From Chiloscyllium plagiosum (lineage: Eukaryota): a stretch of 64,000 nucleotides of DNA. Shown here piece by piece: positions 63,161 through 64,000 of this stretch. The notes beneath the pieces are model-generated. The model did no database searches, was not told the DNA's origin, and saw only the letters and a program-made list of their open reading frames with translations. A program made the translations under genes and the position numbers. The stretch lies in contig NC_057755.1 of assembly GCF_004010195.1 (NCBI RefSeq), positions 1,415,306 through 1,479,305 of the forward strand, in the 5' to 3' direction. Each line of letters starts with the position of its first letter. Position 1 is the first letter of the stretch.

Positions 63161-64000
63161 AGTAGTCCATAAAGGATTATCCACAATTATCTGGTCACTA
63201 TCTTACAAAAACATGAGTGTTTGCATTTGAGAAGATGTAATTAGTCGATGGAGAATACGAACAGAACAGAGAAAGTTTTGTTTCATCATTAAAATCGTAA
63301 GCCACAATCTAACCCTCTCCATGATGATAAACTGAGGAACTCTTACCTCAATGAGCCTCTCATATTTTGGTTTCGAAAGTCAACATTTCGTTGTCATGTT
63401 TAGCAAATGTTCCAATTTTACTTGTGCATTGAGTTAACAAAGAATCCAAAATTCAAATGGGGACATGTGTCGTTTTTACTGCATTCTCTCCATTGTCTGA
63501 CTCAAATAGTTTTGAAATGTGCTTGTTGATAGTTCATGAATAAACTACATAATTCAAAACAACAGTTCGGTCCTGCAATTACTGAATACAATTGTTGCAA
63601 TCCATGTACAAACAACTATAATGTAGTAAATATCTGGTCTCCTTGACTCTGTGTTGTGTTCTAATCATATCAGGGGCTATTGATATTTGAACTGATCATC
63701 TGAATACACAGCAGTTCATAAACAGTACAAAACTTCACAACACTTCTTTAAAACAAAGTATTTCATTTTATGATGAAAATAATTGAGCAATTTAAGCAAT
63801 GTTACCATAACCACCAAATTCATAAATTCTTATTCTCCAATTTTTGTTAAAATTATTCCTCCCCATAAAAAATGCTTTGTGCATTGCAAAAATTTTGAAT
63901 CTATAAATATTCCTACAGGGAACTACTAGAAGGTATCCGCATGCCTCTGCAAGTCACTTTCACACTCCACAGTGTTCCAATGACACTTTATAATCGTTGG

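Overview
Eukaryotic, repeat-dominated DNA, most likely from a shark or ray, judging by HE1-type tRNA SINEs, many CR1 LINEs with short tandem tails, Penelope-like elements and a G-rich minisatellite. I find no intact protein-coding gene; almost all listed ORFs are transposon fragments or low-complexity artefacts. The recognisable host-gene remnants are (i) a decayed NLR (NACHT-LRR) immune-receptor pseudogene on + at about 8.75-12.7 kb, split by two CR1 insertions and carrying an internal ~300-bp tandem duplication, and (ii) a GPR139/GPR142-like class-A GPCR pseudogene on - at 57.6-58.1 kb. Mobile elements include a near full-length CR1 (17.5-21.4 kb), a Penelope-like RT/GIY-YIG element (29.8-31.9 kb), short hairpin-shaped Penelope derivatives with minimal hammerhead-ribozyme motifs and ~14-bp target duplications, and a Gypsy element whose RNase H runs directly into the LTR (Gmr1-like order). 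A ~10-kb CA/CT-rich complex satellite with higher-order duplication and an inverted end occupies 34-44.5 kb. Several unique stretches (22-29.7 kb, 46.5-47.2 kb, 56.9-57.0 kb) show splice-site or exon-like signals I could not assign. There are two assembly gaps. All family assignments are by eye from remembered motifs, and boundaries are approximate.
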